Shown piece by piece: positions 55,753 to 64,000 of a stretch of 64,000 nucleotides of DNA (position 1 is its first letter; every line of letters starts with the position of its first letter). The stretch lies in the IMG/VR virus record IMGVR_UViG_3300032220_000751. The stretch is one strand, 5' to 3'. Origin of the DNA: a virus. Taxonomy: Duplodnaviria > Heunggongvirae > Uroviricota > Caudoviricetes. Made by a program: the position numbers and the translations under genes. Under the pieces are notes generated by a model that saw only the letters and a list, made by a program, of their open reading frames with translations, did not search any database and was not told the DNA's origin.

Positions 55753-55948
55753 AAACAATCAATCTCTTGTGCGCCTTAAGTTCTTGGTGCATGGAGAAAT
55801 CCAAGCTTTGATGAAACGGTTCCCTTACCGTCGCATTGAAGACCTGATAGCTTATCACATGGTTCGTAGTGATCAAGTCATTGTGACCAAGATGATGAGC
55901 ACTTATTTGAAACAACTACCGGTACCTAGGAGAATCAGAAATGGCTAA
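55724..55948 (+). CDS. hypothetical basic protein (74 aa)
   Basis: ORF overlapping the upstream 3' end by 29 nt; alternative start at 55688. Confidence 0.35.
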   Translation: MNTRQLKRYKNNQSLVRLKFLVHGEIQALMKRFPYRRIEDLIAYHMVRSDQVIVTKMMSTYLKQLPVPRRIRNG

Positions 55949-56123
55949 AGAACAACAACCTCATCGTGTCCTGAACGGCATCTTCAGCAAGGTCATCGAT
56001 CAGAGCGTTAAAGACAAGGGCGTCAGTCCCGGCCTAGCCAAGAAACAGCTGGTGGAGTCGTTCCCTCAGGCTAAGCCCAAGCACAAGCCGAAATCCAAGA
56101 AACCGCAGCAACAGGTGCGTTAA
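55941..56123 (+). CDS. small basic protein (60 aa)
   Basis: RBS TAGGAGAA; ORF. Confidence 0.45.
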   Translation: MAKEQQPHRVLNGIFSKVIDQSVKDKGVSPGLAKKQLVESFPQAKPKHKPKSKKPQQQVR

Positions 56124-56530
56124 TGGATTTCATTAATCCAGCCACGATGCGAGTAGGTGACTTATACTTCATCGTGGCATTGCAATTTAGTAACGATCAA
56201 TCCTTAGCTAGCATTGTCCGACTTGGGGTCATAGTGACTTCCAAGCAGGACAGTGCTGATCGAATACAAGTAAAGGTCGTCTTCCGTGCTAAAGGTAATG
56301 TTAAAGAGCACCCAGCATTCGAATATGAATATCTCATCGATGTTAGTAAAAAGGCTAAGATGATTGGGATGGATGAGGTTGCTGTGTTTAACACGGGAGC
56401 TAAGGCAGCGTCGTTTAATCGACATGTTTCTGATGTCATGTGGGCATTTAACGTTGAATCGCTACCAAGGTCGGAAGCGATTCGATTGTTGAAAGTTCCT
56501 TTCTTCAGAAACTTCAATAGTGGGGTATAA
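56123..56530 (+). CDS. hypothetical protein (135 aa)
   Basis: RBS AGGTG; 1-nt overlap. Confidence 0.5.
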   Translation: MDFINPATMRVGDLYFIVALQFSNDQSLASIVRLGVIVTSKQDSADRIQVKVVFRAKGNVKEHPAFEYEYLIDVSKKAKMIGMDEVAVFNTGAKAASFNRHVSDVMWAFNVESLPRSEAIRLLKVPFFRNFNSGV

Positions 56531-57424
56531 ATGGCATCAATTGTCAATTACGAACAAGACCATAATTCATTCATGGCAGAGACTGTTGCGATGTTTGCCC
56601 ATGAAGCAACTGGTCAACGTCGTGTTGTCTTTTCAGATGGTCAACGTGAAGAGGGTGATGAACCCTATTACAATCACCCGCTGCGTGTAGCTGGTGGTGT
56701 GCGTAACTTCTTTAATACGGATGCCTGGAAGCGCATGAGCTTTGTCAACCATGACAAAGACAAACTTCGCTGGGCTGCTATTAATGCGGCCTATCTTCAC
56801 GACGTTATCGAAGACACCAAGATTAAGCGTGAGTATATCGAAGAGTATTTCGGTCTTACCACGATGACCATCGTCATGGGTTGTACTTCGGTGCTGTCAG
56901 ATCGTAAGGATCTTCCCCGTGCAGTCAAGAAGGCAGTTAATCGTTGTCGTTTATTTAATGCCAGTCATGCACACGCATACGCACCCTTCATTTACCTGAT
57001 CAAGACGGAAGACCATAGCGACAACTGGTTTAACAATAACCGGGATGACCTGAATAATCGCAGTCGTACTCTGACTGAGATCATCATCAATGTAGCGACT
57101 TACATCTGCGCATTACAACGTGGTCCTAACGACAGCGTGTTCCTGCAGGCATATCTGAACGGTGTCATCGATGGGATTATGTCAGACGCCGCTCAACTGG
57201 GTATTCATCCTACCAGTGTGGCGACGCATTATGTCTCTATGATGGATCTCTGGGCTAAGGCTGGTAAAGACGACAACTTTACCTACAACCTGAAGTCACT
57301 CCCACACGACTGGGCAAAGAGTATGGCTGACTACATGCCTGTAGTTGATCTTATTAAAGATAACTTAGAGCATCTGTTCTCGCGCTATGTTCGGATCTTC
57401 AATCACAAAAACGAAGCAGGATAA
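56531..57424 (+). CDS. HD-domain phosphohydrolase of the RelA/SpoT family (small alarmone hydrolase-like)
   Basis: AHEATGQRR...GDEPYYNHPLRVAGG and AAYLHDVIEDT, the paired hallmark motifs of SpoT-type (p)ppGpp hydrolase domains. Confidence 0.7.
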   Translation: MASIVNYEQDHNSFMAETVAMFAHEATGQRRVVFSDGQREEGDEPYYNHPLRVAGGVRNFFNTDAWKRMSFVNHDKDKLRWAAINAAYLHDVIEDTKIKREYIEEYFGLTTMTIVMGCTSVLSDRKDLPRAVKKAVNRCRLFNASHAHAYAPFIYLIKTEDHSDNWFNNNRDDLNNRSRTLTEIIINVATYICALQRGPNDSVFLQAYLNGVIDGIMSDAAQLGIHPTSVATHYVSMMDLWAKAGKDDNFTYNLKSLPHDWAKSMADYMPVVDLIKDNLEHLFSRYVRIFNHKNEAG

Positions 57425-57429
57425 CGCTC

Positions 57430-57469
57430 ATTTCTCGTAAATGTTGGGATTACCACCTTTACGAGAAAT
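57430..57469 (+). promoter_or_regulatory. 12-bp hairpin ATTTCTCGTAAA-N16-TTTACGAGAAAT without U-tract
   Basis: Read directly; directly follows stop 57424. Confidence 0.4.
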
Positions 57470-57498
57470 ACTATCGTAATTCAAAGACGGAATTCTAA

Positions 57499-58329
57499 AT
57501 GGACTATTCGGAGGGAAGGATGGACGAACATCAGTTCGAAAGTTCCAAGATGACAGATGAGATGTTTAACCAGAATTGGGAAAACACGATCCGGCATTTG
57601 GAAGCGAAGAATCAAGAAGCAATGAAGAAAGAATGGGAATGGGCAGAAAGTCCCTATGCCAATCTCCTTCTGCTGTTGAATCTCGGTAGTCACACGCCAC
57701 ATCAACTGTTTGCGTTGTTCTTGGATAAGTTGAATATCCCACTGGACATGCGTGCAGTCATCGAGTCGTTCCCAACGCTTTACAATTCGATACTGCGTCG
57801 TGTTGAGTACATGATCCGTCGCTCGTTGCCTAGCCCAGGTAAAACAAGACCGGGTGATGTAGATGAGGCGTTCGGTATGGCTTCGGTTTCACTCCATACA
57901 TCGGGACGTCAGACTGGTAAGAGCTTGATGAACCTTCATGTTCAGTCCAGTGCAGAAGCCATTCTTGCATTCATATTCAAGGGAGCGAATATGGATGTCA
58001 CTGAGATGGTCAAGATACGTGACATCTTTTACAGTAAATACCCGGATCCCATAAGGGAAGGTCGTCATGGTCATGTGGTGATCGATGAAGCCATCATCAC
58101 CGATCCACCAAACCGGATGTTCAAAACCAGAAATTCTTCTATATCAGGTGCGCACTATGCTCCTGTATTAAGTACATCTGTCCGTCCTGATGATCTATCG
58201 CCTAAATTTGTCAGGCACCGTGTAGAAGAACCAGAACAAACTGATTGCGATGACTACGGGTCGCCGGATCACAACGGCAACCACGCAGCACCATCTGATT
58301 TACTCATGAGGCTCATGGGTCGCATCTAA
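57499..58329 (+). CDS. P-loop NTPase-like protein (276 aa)
   Basis: Deviant Walker A TSGRQTGKS and Walker B HVVIDEA about 55 aa apart. Confidence 0.5.
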   Translation: MDYSEGRMDEHQFESSKMTDEMFNQNWENTIRHLEAKNQEAMKKEWEWAESPYANLLLLLNLGSHTPHQLFALFLDKLNIPLDMRAVIESFPTLYNSILRRVEYMIRRSLPSPGKTRPGDVDEAFGMASVSLHTSGRQTGKSLMNLHVQSSAEAILAFIFKGANMDVTEMVKIRDIFYSKYPDPIREGRHGHVVIDEAIITDPPNRMFKTRNSSISGAHYAPVLSTSVRPDDLSPKFVRHRVEEPEQTDCDDYGSPDHNGNHAAPSDLLMRLMGRI

Positions 58330-58341
58330 GAAAGGAAAACA

Positions 58342-58818
58342 ATGTGTCAACATGATGGCACCAGACGTACTCCGATTATCTGTCCCGTTAAGGATCAGGG
58401 TCGGATTAAGTATTGGACTGGGGTTCAGGAAATGTACACCACTCTCACAGAGAACCTGAACCCTACAGAAGACGCTAACTTGATTCAGTACATCAAGTGT
58501 CAGCTGGACGAGGTTGAGAGAGTGTTAGAGAACCCTCTGAACCCTTACAGTGTACTGAAGTTCATCTCGACGTGCACGCATCAATATCATCGTGGATTGG
58601 TCGTCCATGACATTTATGCGATACATTGCAACGATGGTGATGACGCTATTAACATTCCGCGCTATTTCCAGAACTCAAGTAATCCAGATGAAGTAAAGAG
58701 CGTTTACTGGAGGGCGGAGTTTAAAGTCCGTGAAGTCTTCGTCCCGCATCTGAAGATGTATAAGGTCAATACATTCGAATTTGTGGGTATTTCTGTTCGT
58801 AAAGGAAAGTCAACATGA
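58342..58818 (+). CDS. hypothetical protein (158 aa)
   Basis: RBS GAAAGGAAAA; ORF. Confidence 0.5.
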   Translation: MCQHDGTRRTPIICPVKDQGRIKYWTGVQEMYTTLTENLNPTEDANLIQYIKCQLDEVERVLENPLNPYSVLKFISTCTHQYHRGLVVHDIYAIHCNDGDDAINIPRYFQNSSNPDEVKSVYWRAEFKVREVFVPHLKMYKVNTFEFVGISVRKGKST

Positions 58819-59420
58819 AAAGCATGACAAAGAAGCAGTTTGAAATCATCGATGCTGTGGTCAAGCAGCGTTTCATCAGCGTGTTGTTCGAGCTATATGA
58901 AATCAAACAAGGTCTGAGTAAGTTCAAACAGGATGCGGTCTTTGGTGAGTTTCCTGGTTACAACACCAATGGGATGAACGCCTACGTTCACGATGGTTAT
59001 GTGAACGTAATCGATGGGTCTTTAGTCATCACGGATAAAGGCGAACAGCTTTTGGCGGACTATATTGGCGCCCATACCGTCATGGATGCCCATACCCGCT
59101 ATCAGTTCCTGAAAGAAGATATTCCTCGTAATGTCCGTGTTTACATCGCTCAATCCGTTTTCGGACTTTACACCTTCGGTATGGCGACGACTGACTTCGA
59201 TAAATGCGATGAAGACTGCGCGATGAATAATTCGCGTGTTCCTTATAGTTGGGATCAGATCGATCGCATGACGTTTATCAAACTTATTAAATATTTCTCT
59301 GAGGATGTGACGAGTACATTCCCGTTGGTCGATGACGGTCAAGGGTACTACTTCAGTGATCTGGGTGAAAAGGATCTGACGCTGCAAGATGAAGCAGAAG
59401 ATGCTGAAAAGGAGAAATGA
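58815..59420 (+). CDS. hypothetical protein (201 aa), distant member of the downstream paralogue family
   Basis: ATGA overlap; N-terminus QFEIIDAVVKQRF resembles the LxVDRAVK N-termini downstream. Confidence 0.5.
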   Translation: MKSMTKKQFEIIDAVVKQRFISVLFELYEIKQGLSKFKQDAVFGEFPGYNTNGMNAYVHDGYVNVIDGSLVITDKGEQLLADYIGAHTVMDAHTRYQFLKEDIPRNVRVYIAQSVFGLYTFGMATTDFDKCDEDCAMNNSRVPYSWDQIDRMTFIKLIKYFSEDVTSTFPLVDDGQGYYFSDLGEKDLTLQDEAEDAEKEK

Positions 59421-59770
59421 TGAGTAGTGTAGAAACCATGGAAGTCATCCTCAAGGCTTTGGAAGAAGCTCGTGACAAAGGCGAACTGAACTATGTAATC
59501 GTCGACGGCGCTTTGGATAGTAAGCGTATCAAGCTGATTCCCAAAGGTCCGTCTATCCATAGTCGCAATGTTCTTATCGTTCAGAAGAACCACAGCGAGC
59601 GTGATCTGGTGTTTAACGATTTGGGTCCTGGTGGTGGATTGCCTCACTATCGCTACTACTTCAAAACAGCAGATCTCATTCCAGGTAAAGAGAATTGCAA
59701 TGTCGAGAACATCGGGCGTGACGTTGTTGCTTATCTGATGGATGGCACTCTCCCGGAAGGAACAGCATGA
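59417..59770 (+). CDS. hypothetical protein (117 aa)
   Basis: ATGATG overlap; RBS AAAAGGAGAA. Confidence 0.5.
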   Translation: MMSSVETMEVILKALEEARDKGELNYVIVDGALDSKRIKLIPKGPSIHSRNVLIVQKNHSERDLVFNDLGPGGGLPHYRYYFKTADLIPGKENCNVENIGRDVVAYLMDGTLPEGTA

Positions 59771-60381
59771 CCAAACTGTGTATCGATATCCCTCGATACG
59801 CTGAGATCGACAGAGCAGTCAGGCATGGCACCCTGATTGCTGTGTTTAACGCACAGACCACTTCTGTGAAGATCCACAGCGAACTCGATACCCCAGCCAA
59901 CCGTGAAGCTGTAGCTAGAGGTTATCTGCTATATGACGTCCTCTTTGGTCAGTACCAGATCACTGAGAACGGCAAAGATCTCCTAAAGCAGTATGCAGGA
60001 CGGGATCACATTGGCTCAACGATTGCTTACATCAAGCGTCTCCAACGTACTGAGATCCATCCCAGGTGCCGTTATTGGCTGGGTGTGGTGTACTTTGCCA
60101 ACTATCCAGATAAGTATCGTTATACCAATGCAGAACTGGCCAAGTTGAACCGTATGCCTGATGAGCTGGGAAAGTATCTGGACATCATCGGGGTACCACG
60201 CTACTTGATTGATCTGACACGTAAAGACATCAACTTCTTACGGTCGTATCAGTTCGAGGAGTTTGACAACAAGTTCTGGCATAGTTATCAACAGAGTGAT
60301 CTGGGTCGCTTTGACCGACACATGGTCATGGACTACGTCGCTGGATGCAATGAAGCCAACAGGAAAGGAACCACACTGTGA
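59767..60381 (+). CDS. hypothetical protein (204 aa), paralogue family member A
   Basis: ATGA overlap; IDRAVRHGTL N-terminus and W..S C-terminal region. Confidence 0.55.
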   Translation: MTKLCIDIPRYAEIDRAVRHGTLIAVFNAQTTSVKIHSELDTPANREAVARGYLLYDVLFGQYQITENGKDLLKQYAGRDHIGSTIAYIKRLQRTEIHPRCRYWLGVVYFANYPDKYRYTNAELAKLNRMPDELGKYLDIIGVPRYLIDLTRKDINFLRSYQFEEFDNKFWHSYQQSDLGRFDRHMVMDYVAGCNEANRKGTTL

Positions 60382-60968
60382 ACTTAATGGAATATCTCCA
60401 GGTAGACCGTGCTGTTAAAACCAAGCAACTGTATCTGACTTACGATGTGGTCTATCGTAATGGCGCAATCAATGAAGCAGCGCGCCTTGAAGGATCTGAT
60501 GCTTGGGTTGATGAAGCACTGGTACGTCAGTTCATGCGGGTTGAACGTGACGGTAGCTTGGCGATCTGTAATCAAGGCATTAAGCTACTCTTGAATTACA
60601 CTGGGACAAGTAACCTGGAAGATGCCGTTGCTAAATATCTCAGGTTAGTTGGTACTCAGTTGCCTATTCAGATCCGTGGCTTGATCTGCTCTAAGTGGTA
60701 TGCAAGCGGTATTCAATTAGATGCACTTGACGATGAACGTATTCAGTTCGTCATCAATGGCGTGTGTGATGACCTGCATGTACCCACACACCTGCATGAA
60801 GTTACCCGACAGCAATACAACTACCTGCGCAACTTTAACGAGGCATGGTGGAATTCCATTAAGGACATCCTTCCGGCCTACTTTACCGATCCTATCGGTC
60901 AAAAGGATCTGCTGTGGTATCTTGCAGCAGACATGGAACCAGAGAAAGAAAAAGGACTATGGATCTGA
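60378..60968 (+). CDS. hypothetical protein (196 aa), paralogue family member B
   Basis: GTG start overlapping the upstream stop; (M)NLMEYLQVDRAVK aligns residue-for-residue with MDLRTFLEVDRAVK of the next gene; C-terminus WWNS...PAYFT. Confidence 0.55.
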   Translation: MNLMEYLQVDRAVKTKQLYLTYDVVYRNGAINEAARLEGSDAWVDEALVRQFMRVERDGSLAICNQGIKLLLNYTGTSNLEDAVAKYLRLVGTQLPIQIRGLICSKWYASGIQLDALDDERIQFVINGVCDDLHVPTHLHEVTRQQYNYLRNFNEAWWNSIKDILPAYFTDPIGQKDLLWYLAADMEPEKEKGLWI

Positions 60969-61564
60969 GAACCTTCTTAGAAGTCGATCGCGCTGTTAAG
61001 AACAAAACGATCAACACCATTCATGACGTGCTGTTTCGTAATGAGTACTTCCACACAGTCATGCTGGCGAACCCGCACTTCTCTACCCAGATCAATGAAG
61101 CCATCAATCGTTTGTATATTACGGTTAATGGTGAAAAGAAGTGGACCGTTACTCCAGGTGGTATCCACATCCTTCAAGATTACATCGGTGGTGACTTTAC
61201 CGATGATCAGATCGTATCGAAATATTCGAATCTGATCACACCGATTCCGATTAAGATCCGTACCCGGCTGGCTGAGACCTACTACCCAGTGTCGACGTTC
61301 TTGCTGCAAACGCATCTCATCGGTACTGAACGCGAAAGTATCCTGGAAGATCAGTTGGTCAGTCTGAATGTACCAATGTGCTTGGCTGATTTGGACCGTC
61401 AGCAATTCAACTTCTTACGACATGATCTGGAAGCGTGGCAGAATTCCGATGAAGCATTCGGCAAGTGGAAACTGAACAATCCATGGCCTGCTTACTTTAC
61501 GGTTCCCATTGCTGGTTCGGATTATCCTTTCTGGGCTAAGTATAGTGAGAAGTTGAAGGCGTAG
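60959..61564 (+). CDS. hypothetical protein (201 aa), paralogue family member C
   Basis: ATG behind AAAAAGGA; C-terminus WQNS...PAYFT. Confidence 0.55.
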   Translation: MDLRTFLEVDRAVKNKTINTIHDVLFRNEYFHTVMLANPHFSTQINEAINRLYITVNGEKKWTVTPGGIHILQDYIGGDFTDDQIVSKYSNLITPIPIKIRTRLAETYYPVSTFLLQTHLIGTERESILEDQLVSLNVPMCLADLDRQQFNFLRHDLEAWQNSDEAFGKWKLNNPWPAYFTVPIAGSDYPFWAKYSEKLKA

Positions 61565-61603
61565 TGTCAGAATAGCAATTAATTAATTCTGGAGCGCAAT
61601 AAG

Positions 61604-61951
61604 ATGAGTAAGAAGAAGTTTCTTCCCGGCAAGAAGGCATGCAACGCACTCGTCGCTGCTGCCTATGTGATGGCATTTGCCTCCATTCAAGAGAGGGTGG
61701 ATTTCAAAGTGATCAATTTTGATCACACCAATCTTCTTTCTGAAAAGCCTACCATTATCGTACGACACATCAGTGGTAACAGTCTCAATATCGGTTGGGA
61801 TGACATGTGTCAAGACGATGTCCTGGTAGAGGGCAAATGTCCAAATAAGAAGGGAGTGATGGAAGAAGTTGAACGCTGGTTCCCAATCGCTGATATGCAT
61901 AGTGCGCTGGTTTATGCAATCTCGACTCTGATGAACAAGAAGTTCAAATAA
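61604..61951 (+). CDS. hypothetical protein (115 aa)
   Basis: ORF; weak RBS. Confidence 0.45.
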   Translation: MSKKKFLPGKKACNALVAAAYVMAFASIQERVDFKVINFDHTNLLSEKPTIIVRHISGNSLNIGWDDMCQDDVLVEGKCPNKKGVMEEVERWFPIADMHSALVYAISTLMNKKFK

Positions 61952-61977
61952 CCGTCACTCAAGATAAAGGTGATAAC

Positions 61978-62415
61978 ATGCTAGCCGCATCTCCTGAGAT
62001 CACCTTCTGGTTGTCGATTATCATCTTTATCTTAGTTTTACTGGTTGCTTATCTCTCGTCCAAGAACTCGTTTTTGGTCAGGCAACGTAAAGAGTATATC
62101 GATAATCACAAGGTGCATATTCAAAGTTACGAACGCATCATCATACTCGCGGCTAAACACGAAGCTCAAATCGAGCAAATGGCTATCCGCTTCAATGAGC
62201 ATGAGAATAAGATATGCCAAGATCTAATTGCATTAAAAACGCGCTTGATTAATTGCAAGTTAGAAGACCTCATGACTGACCTCCCTAGCCTCAACAATCT
62301 TCCTGCTTCGACGGAGAAGAAGAATGGCCCAGAAAATGACCAGAGACAGCTATCGAGTACTGTTCCAGTTATTGAAGAACGGTCCCTCTCAGATCGCCAA
62401 GATCACCAACCGTAA
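61978..62415 (+). CDS. hypothetical membrane-anchored protein (145 aa)
   Basis: RBS AAAGGTGATAAC; N-terminal TM helix. Confidence 0.5.
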   Translation: MLAASPEITFWLSIIIFILVLLVAYLSSKNSFLVRQRKEYIDNHKVHIQSYERIIILAAKHEAQIEQMAIRFNEHENKICQDLIALKTRLINCKLEDLMTDLPSLNNLPASTEKKNGPENDQRQLSSTVPVIEERSLSDRQDHQP

Positions 62416-62593
62416 CCGGGTCCAGCAGTTAGTATCGTCTGGACATGTAGTTGCAGTCGCAGTAATGGCTGATATTGACCTGTATGCTGCCACACCTAGT
62501 GGCGCAGTCGCTTTCAGAACGTATATGTCTGAAACTGATTTGGTCATGGCCATTGAGAAGTTCGCACGTCAAGAAGTTCAAACAACAAATTAA
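62324..62593 (+). CDS. putative winged-helix DNA-binding protein (89 aa)
   Basis: YRVLFQLLKNGPSQIAKITNRNRVQQLVSSGHV resembles an HTH; overlaps the upstream ORF by 92 nt in another frame. Confidence 0.4.
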   Translation: MAQKMTRDSYRVLFQLLKNGPSQIAKITNRNRVQQLVSSGHVVAVAVMADIDLYAATPSGAVAFRTYMSETDLVMAIEKFARQEVQTTN

Positions 62594-62598
62594 ATCAG

Positions 62599-62626
62599 GG
62601 GGCTACCTTCGGGTAGCTCTTTTTAT
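62599..62626 (+). terminator. rho-independent terminator
   Basis: GGCTACC-ttcg-GGTAGCT then CTTTTTATAAC. Confidence 0.8.
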
Positions 62627-62670
62627 AACCGCCTATGTATACCCCACTTTTCCTAACTAATGGAGAACTC

Positions 62671-63210
62671 ATGGATTTACTCCAGTTTCTGCCTTATCTT
62701 TCAATTGTTTCTTTCCTCTTCTTCCTCGGCGCTATTGTCGTATTGGTAAGATTTACCATGAGGACCAATCGACGTATTAAGGAAAACCTTCAAGTTACGC
62801 TGGTGTCAGACTGGCCTGATGGCTATGTGGTAGATACACTAGCTAATGACATAGGCATCAAACCACGTAACTACGGTATCGCTGTTGGCAGGCATTCATT
62901 CCGTGTTGTCATTGGTTGGAAAGAACAAGTTACCAAACAGTTAAGAATTCACTCCACCAACAACATGGAGACAGACGGCTGCATTTTAGCCAGCGGTTTG
63001 GCATTCGTCGTTATGCGAGAGTATTACGATGATCCTCATCTCCATGAAATTGAAGTACCGATGAACGAACGTACTCCAGTGAGATATGTGCTAGATGAAC
63101 TTAAGAACTGTCATCTAGTTAAACAAGATGATCGCGTTGTCCAATTCATTACTTACACCACAGTTAATGGATTGGTGCGCATCCCTAATGTAGGAGATAA
63201 TAATGCTTGA
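62671..63210 (+). CDS. hypothetical membrane-anchored protein (179 aa)
   Basis: ATG behind GGAGAA; TM helix LPYLSIVSFLFFLGAIVVLV. Confidence 0.5.
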   Translation: MDLLQFLPYLSIVSFLFFLGAIVVLVRFTMRTNRRIKENLQVTLVSDWPDGYVVDTLANDIGIKPRNYGIAVGRHSFRVVIGWKEQVTKQLRIHSTNNMETDGCILASGLAFVVMREYYDDPHLHEIEVPMNERTPVRYVLDELKNCHLVKQDDRVVQFITYTTVNGLVRIPNVGDNNA

Positions 63211-63712
63211 CTATGATGTTTTGACTAACGTCGCCTTCGTCCTCTTCTTAGGCTGCATTGCTCTGTCTTTTGGTGTTTATCATTTACAAACCAAGGTAGC
63301 TGCTTTGAGGTCGGCCTTGAGAGAACAACATGAAGTGAGTCAGATCCTGAAGGAAGGGATGGAGGGTAGCATCGATCGTCTAGGTGGCGAGGTAGCTAAC
63401 TATCAGAAGTTCCATGACGCGATTAATGAGAGTCGTGAGGCATTGCAGCAAGCAAACGACATCATTTTGCAACTGACGAAGAAGATTAACAAGCTCAACA
63501 AGCTCGACATCCACAAAGAACGGGCATTGGTTACGTTAATGATCATGGTTGAGGACAAGGAACTGCGTGAAGCCTTTTATAAGAGGATCATGTCAGCTGT
63601 GGGTCCGGCATTCGTCGTGCAGTTGCGTCGACTGGTAGATCATTTCGACCAGCCCAATAACACGCAGTCTATGAACCTGCCAGCCATCACGGGAGAAGAA
63701 CATGTTGATTAA
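63203..63712 (+). CDS. hypothetical membrane-anchored coiled-coil protein (169 aa)
   Basis: RBS TAGGAGATAATA; TM helix then a heptad-like segment. Confidence 0.5.
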   Translation: MLDYDVLTNVAFVLFLGCIALSFGVYHLQTKVAALRSALREQHEVSQILKEGMEGSIDRLGGEVANYQKFHDAINESREALQQANDIILQLTKKINKLNKLDIHKERALVTLMIMVEDKELREAFYKRIMSAVGPAFVVQLRRLVDHFDQPNNTQSMNLPAITGEEHVD

Positions 63713-64000
63713 TTCAGAACCTATCGTCATCAGTGCTGTAGGGGTTACCGCGTTTCTCGTCATCTTCCTGGGCGCTTTCGCATTAGCGTTCATTGCGGTA
63801 CTGCGTAATGCTGCACTCGTGATCTCTAAAGAGAGTGCGAAACGTGAGTTGACCAAGCTACAACGTCAGCATCTCGACGTACAGGTAGAACACCACATCG
63901 ATCGCAATCGACTACGGGGCGCTTATGAAGGGATTATCGTAGCTTTGAGGAATATGGACGAAATTCCTGATTCATTTTACGATGACCTGAGTAAGAACAT
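63702..64000 (+). CDS. hypothetical membrane-anchored protein, 5' fragment (continues beyond the window)
   Basis: ATG 63702 overlapping the upstream stop; TM helix IVISAVGVTAFLVIFLGAFALAFIAV; open to the window end. Confidence 0.4.
   Translation, partial: MLINSEPIVISAVGVTAFLVIFLGAFALAFIAVLRNAALVISKESAKRELTKLQRQHLDVQVEHHIDRNRLRGAYEGIIVALRNMDEIPDSFYDDLSKN

Noticed and set aside
57499-58329. Large terminase subunit
   Set aside because: Walker A resembles terminases, but the protein is half the required size and no nuclease domain follows.

Overview
The whole 64 kb window reads as one contiguous block transcribed in the + direction. My interpretation is that it belongs to a large virulent dsDNA phage, jumbo-phage-like (early or accessory region) of a Gram-negative host; this is inference. 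About 125 tightly packed genes, mostly small ORFans, sit behind AAGGAG-type ribosome-binding sites 5-9 nt upstream of the start. Stop/start overlaps (ATGA, GTGA) are frequent, and several genes use GTG or TTG starts. All long minus-strand ORFs look like antisense shadows of + strand genes. At least 10 hairpin plus U-tract intrinsic terminators punctuate the block. Five intergenic sites carry a conserved promoter-like motif, ATACATATCACTA...TG.GTA: three clear copies and two variants. Two TTGAxG-N17/18-TATATG sites resemble sigma70 promoters. Genes I can recognise from the sequence: thymidylate kinase; thymidylate synthase with two large insertions; an NT5C-type HAD deoxyribonucleotidase-like protein; NAD-dependent DNA ligase; three GNAT acetyltransferases; a translationally coupled Prs-like plus NampT-like pair (NAD+ salvage or NAD+ reconstitution); a NADAR (YbiA-like) domain protein with a long unknown C-terminal extension; a RelA/SpoT-type HD alarmone-hydrolase-like protein; a Lar-like restriction-alleviation protein; an SPFH/prohibitin protein; an ATP-dependent RNA-ligase-like protein with a tRNA-binding-type OB domain; a cyclophilin PPIase fusion; a DUF4406 (deoxyribosyltransferase-like) protein; a small 2OG-Fe(II) oxygenase-like protein; a lysine-rich histone-H1-like protein; and a P-loop protein. 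I saw no rRNA, tRNA, CRISPR array, transposase, integrase or structural module. Notable organisational signals are several tandem paralogue arrays, a family of tiny single-pass membrane proteins with PPKP motifs, three consecutive genes with KRKR N-termini, and a roughly 200-nt structured untranslated leader. All functional calls rest on motif recognition by eye; no database search was possible.
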